This document shows positions 21,186 to 32,109 of a DNA stretch of 64,000 nt, piece by piece. The notes under the pieces are model-generated. The model saw nothing but the letters and a program-made list of their open reading frames with translations. It had not been told where the DNA came from and made no database searches. The stretch is from a virus, in IMG/VR virus record IMGVR_UViG_3300021376_000007; one strand, given 5' to 3'. Every line of letters starts with the position of its first letter. Position 1 is the stretch's first letter. Made by a program: the position numbers and the translations under genes.

Positions 21186-21518
21186 ATGGCGCTGAGTAGA
21201 ACAGATAAAAAAATGATAGCCTTTGGAGCAGGAATGTTTGGTGGAGGACAAGTAGTCAACAAAGCTTCTGGAGGACAAGGACCCGTAGGAACAAGTGGAT
21301 CTGCCGCAAGTATAGTGGGAGTATCAGCATTAGGATATGTAGGTGCAGGAGAAATTGTTGAGCAAATAGGGTTAGGAACTAGAGCTGTTGTTGGACATCA
21401 CGCAAAAGATATATTTAGTACAATTAAAACAGGTATAAACAAAAGCCAACAAATGCTAGAAAGAGATACAGACGTAGCAAGAAGAGTAATTAAATCTGGA
21501 TTAAGTGGAATCTTTTAG
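21186..21518 (+). CDS. Gly-rich hypothetical protein
   Basis: AGGAG SD; TTACTAT motif upstream. Confidence 0.55.
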   Translation: MALSRTDKKMIAFGAGMFGGGQVVNKASGGQGPVGTSGSAASIVGVSALGYVGAGEIVEQIGLGTRAVVGHHAKDIFSTIKTGINKSQQMLERDTDVARRVIKSGLSGIF

Positions 21519-21607
21519 TATTTTTTGTATAAACCAAAAAATCAAAAAAAAGTTAAAACAGAAAAAGGGCCTCAAAAATTTTTTTCAAATTTACCCTATA
21601 TAGGATT

Positions 21608-22258
21608 TTAAAATTGTGATTCTTTTGCCTCACTGACAACTCCATAGTGATAGCGGTCATCGTCTGAAGTTACCCATTTGTCTGCATCTTCAACATCCCA
21701 TTGTCTAGTATTTATAAGACGATCAATTAAATTTACTTTTTTAGTTGTGTAAGAAGGGTCATATAGGCGAACCCTATTGTTGGGTTGAATAGCATAATTG
21801 CCATCGTCTCTTATGATTACGTGACCGCACTTGTGCTGCCCTGGATTTGTGCTAAAACCCAAGTTGGTTGTGTTATCATCGGGAGCGTGCCAATCAAGCG
21901 TAAATAAATATTTTCCTTTTATAAACTTTCCGCTCCTTGATACATATTCCATTCTCATATTTCTCATTGCTTGAAATTCAGTTACAGTGATATGTGGGCT
22001 AAAAGAGTTCCACAAAACCAAATCGTGAATGTCTATTTCTGGCACTCCTGGCTCTTCGCAAAAAGCACTTATTGGCATTCTCCACCAAACACCACCATCT
22101 TCCATCAAGAAATGAAACAAGGGACTCCTACCCTGGATTGAGGCAACGCCAAAGATCATGCAGGGAAAATATTTATTATGAGAATCTTTTTGATCCCTTA
22201 AATAATTGCCACGAACATAGCACTCAATTGGAGGAATATTTGCATTTAGTTCTGGCAT
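21608..22258 (-). CDS. Conserved phage protein of unknown function
   Basis: LNANIPP...HKCGHVI..DDGN...QPNNR pattern recalled from large phages. Confidence 0.6.
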   Translation of the reverse strand: MPELNANIPPIECYVRGNYLRDQKDSHNKYFPCMIFGVASIQGRSPLFHFLMEDGGVWWRMPISAFCEEPGVPEIDIHDLVLWNSFSPHITVTEFQAMRNMRMEYVSRSGKFIKGKYLFTLDWHAPDDNTTNLGFSTNPGQHKCGHVIIRDDGNYAIQPNNRVRLYDPSYTTKKVNLIDRLINTRQWDVEDADKWVTSDDDRYHYGVVSEAKESQF

Positions 22259-22759
22259 ACTGTTCTTTCATCTGGCTTATATTGTATTAAATATACTTTA
22301 TCATTTCTACTATATTTGAAGTTAAAACGATGGTGCTGCGCTCATCTTCAACATATTCAAGATAGTAGCAAGAATCATTATAGTACAAAACATCAAAAAA
22401 TAAAGAAGTTCCATTTCTTAAAAATAAATATCCTTTTGATTGATGAGCGTTGATGCACGGATGATCATGTTCGTTAGTAATAATTATCGGCACTTTAAAG
22501 CACTAGTCCTTTTTAATATAAATTTTTTTAATGTTCAGTAAACTGCAATATTTTGTAATCTTTGATTTTCCGCAACTGCCGATTCAAGTTTTGATTCAAG
22601 AGAATCGATATAAGAAATCAATAAGTTAAAACGGTTAACAGCAAAAATCATAAGCGTTTTAGCTACATATTGATCTATTGTGTCCTTGGAAATTTGGTTT
22701 TCCAATTCATTGATAATATTTTGGATTTGTGGCAATGGAGAATTTGCAAATGTCATTTT

Positions 22760-23065
22760 TTATATCATTTCCAATTGATAAACTCTTCTGAGTCTTTTTG
22801 GACATTGGTGAGTCGGAGGGTAATTAATTCCAATACATATTTTTACAGATGCACGACAAGAAGGGCAATGCCACTTGGTATTGGGAGGGTACTTGGTTGG
22901 TGCTGGAGAATCTTCTTGAACAACAGAAAGTTCTACGTCTTCTTCTTGCTGATCAATAATTATTTGAGCAACACAATTTGGACAAATACGTGGCTTTCTG
23001 CCTCTTGTTTTTGTGCGACTCCAAACTTTTTTACAAGAATCGCAAAAAAGTTTTTCTCTTTCCAT
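22760..23065 (-). CDS. Double zinc-ribbon protein
   Basis: CDSC/CPNC and CPSC/HQC. Confidence 0.55.
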   Translation of the reverse strand: MEREKLFCDSCKKVWSRTKTRGRKPRICPNCVAQIIIDQQEEDVELSVVQEDSPAPTKYPPNTKWHCPSCRASVKICIGINYPPTHQCPKRLRRVYQLEMI

Positions 23066-23080
23066 GTTGATATTCCTTAT

Positions 23081-23689
23081 CTACTGTTCCTGTATGTAAG
23101 TATAGTAAGGAGGACCAGTATGGGGGTCATACTTTGCAGCTATAGCAATAGCTTTAAGACAAAGAGACTTTGTTTGAAGTGGATTAAGTTCTTTTTTCTT
23201 GTTAAACAAAACAGAAAGAGCACCTAAACCATAAGCACTTCCAGTTCCTAAAGCATATAAACCAGTTGCATCAGAAGTCCAAGAATAATCTCCGTCTACA
23301 ACATATATGTATCCATGAACAGAGCATATAACGGTAGATCCCTGCTCAGCAATGTGAGATGAATTATCTCTTTCAGGAGCAGCATAACCTTGAACTTCAA
23401 ATGTATTTCTCAAAGTAGGAACAAATTTATTGGTAAAAAAACTGTCCAACTTTGATCCAGACAACCCAGGAGATGGAACAGGTGGAACAAAAACGTGATG
23501 CAAGATATTGATAGCCCTAACATCACCAGCGGCACCCAAAAGATACTTGCCATTGACAGCAACTTTAGAAGAATTCTTGGCTAAAGTTATTATTTGAGAT
23601 GTAAAACCGCTTTCATCCATAGATGAAATTCTTGAGTCAGTGCAAATGACACTGAAACCTTCTCCTTGAACACCTAAAATAGTAGTCAT
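23081..23689 (-). CDS. Ntn-hydrolase protease (proteasome beta/HslV-like)
   Basis: N-terminal MTT nucleophile, DSR, K33-like SKV, AGD, GTGS, D..TG. Confidence 0.8.
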   Translation of the reverse strand: MTTILGVQGEGFSVICTDSRISSMDESGFTSQIITLAKNSSKVAVNGKYLLGAAGDVRAINILHHVFVPPVPSPGLSGSKLDSFFTNKFVPTLRNTFEVQGYAAPERDNSSHIAEQGSTVICSVHGYIYVVDGDYSWTSDATGLYALGTGSAYGLGALSVLFNKKKELNPLQTKSLCLKAIAIAAKYDPHTGPPYYTYIQEQ

Positions 23690-23895
23690 GGTAATCCTTG
23701 GTTTTGAACTAGTAACACATGGATTATACTACAGAGATGTGTAAAAAACAATTTTAATTGTCATTTAAAGAAGATGGAGAAAAATAAATAGAACCAAACA
23801 CCTTCATTGCTATAGTTTTAATTTGTTCTGGGGAATCAGTACAGTAAAGATAAGAAGATTTTTTGGGTCTACGTTTGTTTTTATTTTTTTTCTTC

Positions 23896-24141
23896 TTAGA
23901 CAATGGGTACTCCAGGCTTATATATAGAAAATTCTTCATACTTGCCTCTAATATTTTTATTAAAATAATTACCAGAAGACTCAGCAGAATATAAAGACCA
24001 ACAAACAACGTAAGGTACTTTAGCATAACGCCAAATAGAACCACTGCTAAAAACAATTATTAAATCTTGCGTGTCAGGATTCCACATAGATAATTTAATA
24101 ACTGAACTATTTTCAAAAGACTTTAGAATTATTTTTTGCAT
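23896..24141 (-). CDS. KTSC domain protein
   Basis: SSVI....W......L...F.SG..WRY..VP...AESSGNYFNKNIR. Confidence 0.8.
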   Translation of the reverse strand: MQKIILKSFENSSVIKLSMWNPDTQDLIIVFSSGSIWRYAKVPYVVCWSLYSAESSGNYFNKNIRGKYEEFSIYKPGVPIV

Positions 24142-24290
24142 TAAAATCTCCAGTTAAAATCTCCAGTTTAGATATACGCTTTTTTATGGGCTTAAGCATG
24201 TGTAAGACTAGTAGGAAATCGGCTAAAAGACCAACGCTTAGTCCAAATAAAAACCAAAATATTTCCATTATAGTCTCCAAATTATATCAG

Positions 24291-24362
24291 AGCCCTCAGA
24301 CAGGATCGAACTGTCGACCTACCGCTTACAAGGCGGTTGCTCTACCACTGAGCTACAAGGGC
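24291..24362 (-). tRNA. tRNA-Thr(TGT)
   Basis: Canonical cloverleaf, loop CTTGTAA. Confidence 0.9.
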
Positions 24363-24504
24363 GTCCAGACACGCTGTAGAGCCTTCTAGCACACTTATCT
24401 CTAGCCTATTCCGTAGGATAAGGTCTAGCTAGTCATGCTGACATACGTGTCCTGTCCAGCGAGTAATAGGGAGTCGCTGGCGTTCTTTATTTTGAACTTG
24501 CGGG

Positions 24505-24578
24505 CGCCCTCGGTATGATTCGAACATACGACCTGCGGATTAGAAGTCCGATGCTCTATCCAGCTGAGCTACGAGGGC
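24505..24578 (-). tRNA. tRNA-Arg(TCT)
   Basis: Canonical cloverleaf, loop CTTCTAA. Confidence 0.9.
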
Positions 24579-25384
24579 TTTATGTTATTCTGGATATGCG
24601 TAATTTCTTTTTGTGTCAGAATCAATAAAAAGTTTTATTTGAATAACTTTATTTTGATCTTTAACCAAATAAAAAAACCCGTTTTGCCAATACATTCCTT
24701 CTACTAAATAACCAGGTCTAGTGTCGTAATCTGCAATATGACCACAAGTCGCATCAGATAATAATTTATATTTGAAAACTCCCAAAGGATAAACGCTCCA
24801 ATAAGAATCGTTTAACTTTAAATCTTCAGGAAAAGAAATTTTTCCATGAAAATTAATAAAGTTTTCAGTCAAAGAATAGACTAGATTATAATCGTGAGTT
24901 AGTGTGTCGTAAACATGCCAATCATAATAAAACTGATAGAACTGAAGAAAATCATAAGAATCTTCTTCGTACAAAGTAGGATCAACTATTGATATATATT
25001 CTATAAAAAAATTTTCAGACATATCAAGAAGTTTTAGATTTTATCAACAACTTAACATACAAAGTTTTTCTCTCTATATTCGAAAGAAACTTAACTGCTG
25101 TCATTCTCCAGTTGTGCTGTTTGTTAATATAATCTAAAACTTGAGTCTCAGAATACTCAGAATTATTTAGCTTTAAATTATTTTTATGCATTTCTATTTT
25201 AGACTTTTGACAAGAAAGCTGAAGCTCTATATCTCTTCTGAGAATTTGTAAAGTATAGTGCCAAAGGTCAACATGATCATGAAGATACTGAATAATTTCT
25301 TGTGAAGATTCAGATTTTACATCATTGATAACAATTTTTTGAAAGTCAGAAAAATCATTTTTAGTAATAGAATCTATGGTGGTT

Positions 25385-26134
25385 TCAGCTAAGTATTTCA
25401 TTATCACGTGTTTCTTTCTTGTAACAAAGTTGATATATCTGCATTATGTCCTGTTTAAAAGATTCTTGAGCTTGATCTCCTGATTTTAAAATATAATTTA
25501 AAGAATATAAAGGATATATAGCCCATGAACCCAACCAAGTTATTTTTTGTTTATAATCTTTTATTTTCAATTCAGTTCCAAATATAGAAGATAATACATT
25601 TGCACCGAAAGTACAAATTATTTTAGGATTCATTATTTGGATTTCAGAATGAAGATAAGATACACAATTGTTGATGTAGTTGTCGCTAATTTCTTTAGTT
25701 GGACATCTCAATAAATAAGTCAAACATATTTTTTCAGATGAAAATCCAGCTTCTTTGAGTGATTTAATAAAATAATCAGAAGAAGCAGAATCTAAATAAG
25801 ATGATTCTAACACAAACAAAACGTCAGGATCAATTACATTCCACTTGGGAAGAGCTGGAGTGATCGAATTAAATTTGCATTTTCGGCAATTATGAGCAAG
25901 AGTATGCAAATCAGTTATTCTCAAAGAAACCTTGGAAGATATTGCAGAAACTCTTGCCTCTTTAATAGCGCTGACGATGTCAGCATTAGAAATCTTTCCT
26001 TCTAAAGAAGAATATATCGATGAGACAATGTCTGTTTCCATAAAGCCCAATTGACCATAGGATCTTTCAGGAAGTTCAGACAAAGCCTCAACCAATATAT
26101 CATTAAGAGTTTCTTCGTAAGAATCAGAACTCAT
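25385..26134 (-). CDS. Uracil-DNA glycosylase family 4-like protein
   Basis: CRKC, LLRCP, NC..YL..EI....PKII..FG. Confidence 0.7.
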   Translation of the reverse strand: MSSDSYEETLNDILVEALSELPERSYGQLGFMETDIVSSIYSSLEGKISNADIVSAIKEARVSAISSKVSLRITDLHTLAHNCRKCKFNSITPALPKWNVIDPDVLFVLESSYLDSASSDYFIKSLKEAGFSSEKICLTYLLRCPTKEISDNYINNCVSYLHSEIQIMNPKIICTFGANVLSSIFGTELKIKDYKQKITWLGSWAIYPLYSLNYILKSGDQAQESFKQDIMQIYQLCYKKETRDNEILS

Positions 26135-26558
26135 CTGGAACAGACACTGTTGCCTGACCAGAAGAAGTATCAGATGAAGAAGTAGCTGAATCAGCTTTTT
26201 GGTAATTCAAAGAAGCGTAAGTCAAAGCTTCTGCGACCACGACAACTTTGGAACGGGACTGATTATCCTGCTGCCAGCGCTCTTGAACGAGTCGGCCAAG
26301 AATTTGAACAGTGCTACCTTTCTTCATTTTCTTTTCTGAAATTTGACGAGACACAAACTCTGCATTTTTAGAAGCAAAGTTGGAGCCGTCTTTCAGAAAA
26401 TATGTTACATCAAAATAGCCGGAACTATTGCCGGCACCTTTCTCACTGCCTGCGTAGTCAACAGCAATTCTAAGCTTTAGAATATTGCCGTTGGCAACCG
26501 TTTCAGGGTCTGAAACTATAGCAGCAGTGAGGTTTATTGTGTTGCGTGGATCTATCAT
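26124..26558 (-). CDS. ssb: Single-stranded DNA-binding protein
   Basis: OB fold (DPE, KG..V...GRL.QERW, RSKV) and acidic tail PDEF. Confidence 0.8.
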   Translation of the reverse strand: MIDPRNTINLTAAIVSDPETVANGNILKLRIAVDYAGSEKGAGNSSGYFDVTYFLKDGSNFASKNAEFVSRQISEKKMKKGSTVQILGRLVQERWQQDNQSRSKVVVVAEALTYASLNYQKADSATSSSDTSSGQATVSVPDEF

Positions 26559-26804
26559 TAGTCAGTTTCCAATCAGTCTTTATTATCTTTTTCAAGGGTT
26601 TCTTTAAATGTATTAGATATTTGATCTAAAAAGGCAGTAGAAATTTTTACAGCTTCTACTGGCCCATATTCTATCATAAGATGTTGAAGAAAAGATAGGA
26701 ACAAATTGTATATTCCAGACTTCAGGTCAACAATAATATCGGTAGAAGTACCTTCAGGAACTTCTTGTACTAATCTTATTTCTTCATCATCTTTGTTAGA
26801 ACTA

Positions 26805-27119
26805 TTATTTTCTGTCTGCATTTGAATTCACCCTATTAGACATTGCTTCATCAATCATTTGAGCTAAAGACTTATTGTCTCTATAACCTTTGTCGTAAAG
26901 AACAGATATGATCGGTTTAGGATCAAGATGATTATATGTTATTAACTGCAAAGTTAATATATCGTTTATTGTGTAAACTCTATAATTATTAAGATCTCTC
27001 TTAGGATCAGGATATTTATTGTTCTTTTCTCTGTTCGCAATAGTGAGAGTAGAGATGTTTAATATCTTAGCAGCTTCAGATCTATTAAAAGTTGGCTGAA
27101 TAGATTTGCTTTTTGGCAT
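26805..27119 (-). CDS. MerR-like HTH DNA-binding protein
   Basis: EAAKILNIS..TI...E......PKRD.NNYRVYT. Confidence 0.75.
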   Translation of the reverse strand: MPKSKSIQPTFNRSEAAKILNISTLTIANREKNNKYPDPKRDLNNYRVYTINDILTLQLITYNHLDPKPIISVLYDKGYRDNKSLAQMIDEAMSNRVNSNADRK

Positions 27120-27177
27120 GTTTTACTACCTTTTTTAAAGTTTGTAGTATATATAATATCAAAAAGGTATATAAAAA

Positions 27178-28485
27178 TCAACTTAAAATAGAAGAAATCT
27201 TAGATTGAAACAATCCAAAAACAGTGTTAGTTGATTTGGTTGTAAATAAACCAGTATCTTCTAAGAGTTTAATAGAAGATTCAATAACAGAAGACAACGT
27301 ATTGTTTAAAGATGAGCAATATAAATCATAAAAGTAAGGATATAAATTTACATTTTCTCTGACATAATCATATGTAACAATATTATTATTGGGCATGTCT
27401 TCATGGTATCTAGCGCATTCGTAAACACTTTCATCGTCTTCACAACAATCATCACAATGACATTCATGGTCACATTCGGAAAGAAAGAGATTGTTTGCTT
27501 TTGCATATTGTTCAATGATTGAACTAAGATTATCTCGATACAAGGAATACCAAAACTCATGAGTACGAGAAATAGGATTCCATGTTAAATTAGAAACAAT
27601 TTCAATAGGAAGTGATTCCCACAATCTAAAAAATGCATTAGATACGAGAAAAGAAAGATTCGATCCTAAAGAATGATATTTAATTCTAGCAAAACTATTA
27701 TAAACATCTCTCATTTGATCAGAAACGTATTGATCAAATTGAAACTGACCTTTGACAACAGTCAAAAAGAAATTTATATTGTCAGTAATGTCAAGATTAT
27801 AACCACTGTTCCAAATCCAATCAAAAGCTGAAGCTATTACTCCAGACACATTTTGAGGGTATCTTTCAACATCTTCAATAGAATCAAAAAATGGCCTACA
27901 CAAAGAACCATCGGCATAAAAATTAAAAATCGGAGGAGCATAAATAGGCTGATCTATGTTTGTCAAACTAGAATGAGTAAAAAACATTTTAACTGAAAAC
28001 AAACGCATGTCGTTGGGATTGTACAGACACACATAAACTTGCCAGGGTATTGGTATGTAATATGTAGATTTATCAGTATCGCGCCCTATAGCGTCTCTAT
28101 AATCTTGAGCAACAGAAATAACATGATGAGCAGGAGGCCTTTCAAAAACCACTATGCCGGGCGCAAGGTATCTAATTCCGGGAAACAGAATTTCTTGCAA
28201 ATCAAATTTTTGATCTGATTGAGGATTGTATTCAGATGAAAAAGACTTAAAAAATTCTGAAGTAAAAATCTTTGGAACAGAAACATTAATAGGTTCAAAA
28301 GTAAGATGAGGATTAAAATGTTGAACAAAAACAGAATTTTCAGAATTTTTATCTAAATCATTAATTTCTGTATAGTTATATTGTTTCTCAAGAATCCGTG
28401 AATGTTGGTAAGTTATAGAATCTTTGTAAGTTACAAAACTTGAAAGAAGAGGGTCTTGTTTAATGTAATCAATTGGAGAGCGCAT
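27178..28485 (-). CDS. Prokaryotic E2-like (family D/PRTRC-B-like) protein with Cys/His cluster
   Basis: IPIPWQVY...APPIFNFYADGSLC; CDHECHCDDCC. Confidence 0.6.
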   Translation of the reverse strand: MRSPIDYIKQDPLLSSFVTYKDSITYQHSRILEKQYNYTEINDLDKNSENSVFVQHFNPHLTFEPINVSVPKIFTSEFFKSFSSEYNPQSDQKFDLQEILFPGIRYLAPGIVVFERPPAHHVISVAQDYRDAIGRDTDKSTYYIPIPWQVYVCLYNPNDMRLFSVKMFFTHSSLTNIDQPIYAPPIFNFYADGSLCRPFFDSIEDVERYPQNVSGVIASAFDWIWNSGYNLDITDNINFFLTVVKGQFQFDQYVSDQMRDVYNSFARIKYHSLGSNLSFLVSNAFFRLWESLPIEIVSNLTWNPISRTHEFWYSLYRDNLSSIIEQYAKANNLFLSECDHECHCDDCCEDDESVYECARYHEDMPNNNIVTYDYVRENVNLYPYFYDLYCSSLNNTLSSVIESSIKLLEDTGLFTTKSTNTVFGLFQSKISSILS

Positions 28486-29629
28486 CTTTAAACTCCGAAT
28501 TCATATGAGGCTTTAGTTCATCGTGTGTATATAAAAAGCGTTGAGAGGCTTCAAAATAACGAAAATGAGGGCTCGTGCTAACGATGTTGTAGTGTGCTTC
28601 AACGGTATACTTGTAAATTTGATATATCAAATACGGATTTGAAACATACTCATGAACCAAATTTTTATGGTAATCAGATACAACAACGCGAAGCCTTTTG
28701 TATTTGGTATAATTTCCAATAGCAAGAGAATCAATATAAGAGTAATACGGTCGATATTTTTGAGATGACCATGCATCTTGTTGAGTATCTTGACGCAAAG
28801 AATCCATGTATCTTTTTATGGAATTTGAAAAAGTTAAATGTTGTGGTTGTGTTTTAATCCGCAAAATATAATCATTCATTTGAGAAAGATTCATGTGAGA
28901 CATGATCAAAAACATTCTTGTATAATTATTTTTCGTATTGAACGCGTAAGGTTTGTCGAAAAACTTAGCAGCTTTTGAACCAGATTGAGAAGCAATTTGT
29001 TGATGGATTTTCAAATTTTTAATAAGATAATCATATTCAGGGATGTCATTGTAAATGTCACAATTCCAACCAGAAAAATATGAATTGAAAAAAAAATTGT
29101 AAATATCTGTTATAGTACAGTTTTCTTTGTACATGTTGGAAAGTATCTGAGAATCAGACCCCATGCAAATAGCGCCAGTAGAAGAATTAGGATAAAAAGA
29201 TGGAACCAATTTTTCGTCTAGGGAAGTCATGGGACCATCGTTGAAATAAAGGTGAAAACGAAGAGTATCATCTGGAAGTAAATTTATAGTGGTAATGGTC
29301 CAAGGAACCCAAATGACTCTATCTTGAATAATCTTGATGGGTTTTCTAACATTGTAAGAATGAGAGCCAGAAAAATCCACTGGTGTTTGAAAAGGAGGTC
29401 TTTCAATAACATAAAAAGTTTTGTCTTGAGAGACATAACGAACAGCCAAAGGCAATAAATCTTTTGGAGCCTTAGGGATCCGAACATCATTTATTGCCGA
29501 CCAATAAGCTTCAAGATCTGTAAAATGTACATCATAAACAATATGTAAATCGTCAGAAAGATCAGTCCAACCAGCACAGCTCAAATTAAAAATATGACTT
29601 GGAGTAGACAAGATATAATCATTCATCAT
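28469..29629 (-). CDS. Prokaryotic E2-like protein (paralog)
   Basis: LLPLAVRY...VIERPP...WVPW...FYPNSSTGAICMG...FFNSYF. Confidence 0.6.
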   Translation of the reverse strand: MMNDYILSTPSHIFNLSCAGWTDLSDDLHIVYDVHFTDLEAYWSAINDVRIPKAPKDLLPLAVRYVSQDKTFYVIERPPFQTPVDFSGSHSYNVRKPIKIIQDRVIWVPWTITTINLLPDDTLRFHLYFNDGPMTSLDEKLVPSFYPNSSTGAICMGSDSQILSNMYKENCTITDIYNFFFNSYFSGWNCDIYNDIPEYDYLIKNLKIHQQIASQSGSKAAKFFDKPYAFNTKNNYTRMFLIMSHMNLSQMNDYILRIKTQPQHLTFSNSIKRYMDSLRQDTQQDAWSSQKYRPYYSYIDSLAIGNYTKYKRLRVVVSDYHKNLVHEYVSNPYLIYQIYKYTVEAHYNIVSTSPHFRYFEASQRFLYTHDELKPHMNSEFKDALSN

Positions 29630-31114
29630 AAACTAACCTCAGAAAAAACTAAATTTTTCAGGAAAGACTTTTTCGTATCAACTACTTGCTGAAAACAAAT
29701 ATCTTGAAATTGAAAATTTGGAAAAGAAAAAGTCATAAAATCAACATAAATTTGAATTGCTTCTTGGTCAAGTTGATCATCAGCCTTTTCAGATTGATAA
29801 TCGAGATCATAATAAACATTGTCGTTAGTGTCATATATCTTGTAAAGATAAGATCCACTGTAAGAACGATAACGGATAAGGTATACAATGAGTTCAAAAG
29901 TATCTGAAGAAAAATTACTTACTTTAGTAGAAGCTATTACCTTGATATCTGGATTGTACATCATGCAAGATGTTTGCCGAGAAGGGAAAAAGCAAAACTT
30001 AAAGTCTGAATTTACGGGCTGAGATTTTTCAAGATAAGAACAATTATAAACAGGAGGCTTGTTTGCGTATTCATATGTTGAACTTAGATTGTGAATGTCA
30101 GGAGAAGAAAAATAAGAACAAATCGGAGGAGTCTGAGAAGTTTCAACTATGATTTTAAATGCGCGCTTAATATCTTCATGAACTGTATCAATAGTAGAAA
30201 AAGATTTCATACTAGCATTAACAGAATCAAGTATTTTTTTAATACGTTCAATATCGGGTAGATCGTCAGACATATTATCTCCAAGTCATCTGAGATTGAT
30301 AGTAAATCTTTTTATTAAGTTCATCTATCTGTTGATGTAAACTTTGAATTTGAGACTTTTGAACTTCAACTATTTGTAGAAGATAATCACGATCAGATTG
30401 AAGTCCCGCAATAGAAGTAACGATATTATTGATGGAAGATGTATAAGAAACCAAATCTTGAACAGGTGTTTCAAAAGCTCTAAACTTAGAAGTATCAAAC
30501 AAAAAAGCCGAACCAAGACCAGATCCTATTTGTTTGATATATAAGTTGGTAATAAAATAGGTAAAAATATAATCAAAAGCAGAAGGTAGATAATCGTAAA
30601 AAAAAGTATTTTTTAGTCCGTTTTTAGAACCAATATAAAAATAATCAAAACTTTCTGCTTGATTGGATCGCCAAGAACGAGCAATTTCTATTTGGCTAAC
30701 AGGCATGGAAGCTATAAAAGTTTGATATAAAGTAACAGAACATTGATTGGTGGGATTGTCACGTGCAAAAGATCTTAGATATGCATTGTTTTTGGTTGCA
30801 AGGTGATAAGTAGTAAAATCATTCAAAGGATAAAGATAATCGTCCAACCGAAAAACAAGAGTGTTAATTATAGAATCGGATAGATCTGGATCACGTATAG
30901 AATCAATAGATATCATAAGTCAACCTGTATGGAATCAAATATTAAAGTTCCATTCTCAATTAAAGAATGAAAAGCAATAGAAGCAATATGCAAAGATAAA
31001 ATATCTGGATAAACCTGCTTAGCCAAAGGATATATTTTGGATATATAAAATGGATCAGAAAGAATATTAGAATGTTCCTCGTCTACAAAAAGAACACTGG
31101 AACCATTAACGGGT

Positions 31115-31486
31115 TCAGTCAAGTAGCTTTTCTGCAGCCAAGTTCTCAATGGTTGAGGCAAGTTTTGGATTTTGTCCAGCCAGTAAATCATTAGCGCCTT
31201 CTCTCATGACCTCGAGCATTTTCTTTCTGCTTTCGGCGATTGTGTCCATGAATATCTTCTGTGATTCAGGAGAAGAAAATCTCAACTGAGCAAGAAGACC
31301 TTCCATGTTTACAGCTTGTTCGCCAAAACCAAGTACCAATGTAGCTATTTGCTCTTCAATCTTTTCAATCGATTTTTCAATATCTTCAAATCTAGATTCA
31401 AGCTTTGCAGCAAACGCAATCAAAAGATCTTGGACCTGCTTTTGCATTTCTTCCAATGTCACAGAAGTAAACATATTGTCAGACAT
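31115..31486 (-). CDS. Coiled-coil hypothetical protein
   Basis: 123 aa with heptad pattern. Confidence 0.5.
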   Translation of the reverse strand: MSDNMFTSVTLEEMQKQVQDLLIAFAAKLESRFEDIEKSIEKIEEQIATLVLGFGEQAVNMEGLLAQLRFSSPESQKIFMDTIAESRKKMLEVMREGANDLLAGQNPKLASTIENLAAEKLLD

Positions 31487-32100
31487 TACGCATCATACCA
31501 TTCTGTGTTGTTAGTGGCATACGAAGTAAGAGCAAGATCACAAAGATAGGATATACTTACAGTGTCTTGTCTAGAAACTCTTATAAAATCAACAGACAAA
31601 GGAGCTTTCATATCAGGAATGAAAGCTCCAGTATCTGATTTTCTAGCTTTAAAATGACCAACTTTCCAAATAAAATTGAAAAGATCAGCAGTACCACCGT
31701 TAGTATAATATTGAATTTTAAATATTCTGCTAATAGGAGAACCAGCAGCTGTCATAGTTCCACCGTAGGAAACAAAAGATTCAGGATAAGACAAATTCAA
31801 TCTTTCGTTTGGGGGAAAATTAGCTACTGCTGTTCCGCTAACAACAGAACGAAGATATGCTGCAAAGTCAACAGCATCTACAAAACAATTCGTACTACTC
31901 TCCAATTTACCAGCAGAATTTGTTTTGCCAATGTCAATAGAAAATTTCATGCCATCAAACCAGGGTTTAATAGCAAGAAATCCACTTTGAGTCTTTGATT
32001 TAAACCACTTTTTGTAAAGAGTGTTTGTGTATTTGGGAGAATCATCTGAAACAATTTCAATTGATTCTATAAAATCGTCAACTGTTTTTTCAATAGACAT
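31486..32100 (-). CDS. Hypothetical protein
   Basis: 204 aa ORF with GAGG SD. Confidence 0.55.
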   Translation of the reverse strand: MSIEKTVDDFIESIEIVSDDSPKYTNTLYKKWFKSKTQSGFLAIKPWFDGMKFSIDIGKTNSAGKLESSTNCFVDAVDFAAYLRSVVSGTAVANFPPNERLNLSYPESFVSYGGTMTAAGSPISRIFKIQYYTNGGTADLFNFIWKVGHFKARKSDTGAFIPDMKAPLSVDFIRVSRQDTVSISYLCDLALTSYATNNTEWYDA

Positions 32101-32109
32101 AATTCCTCG

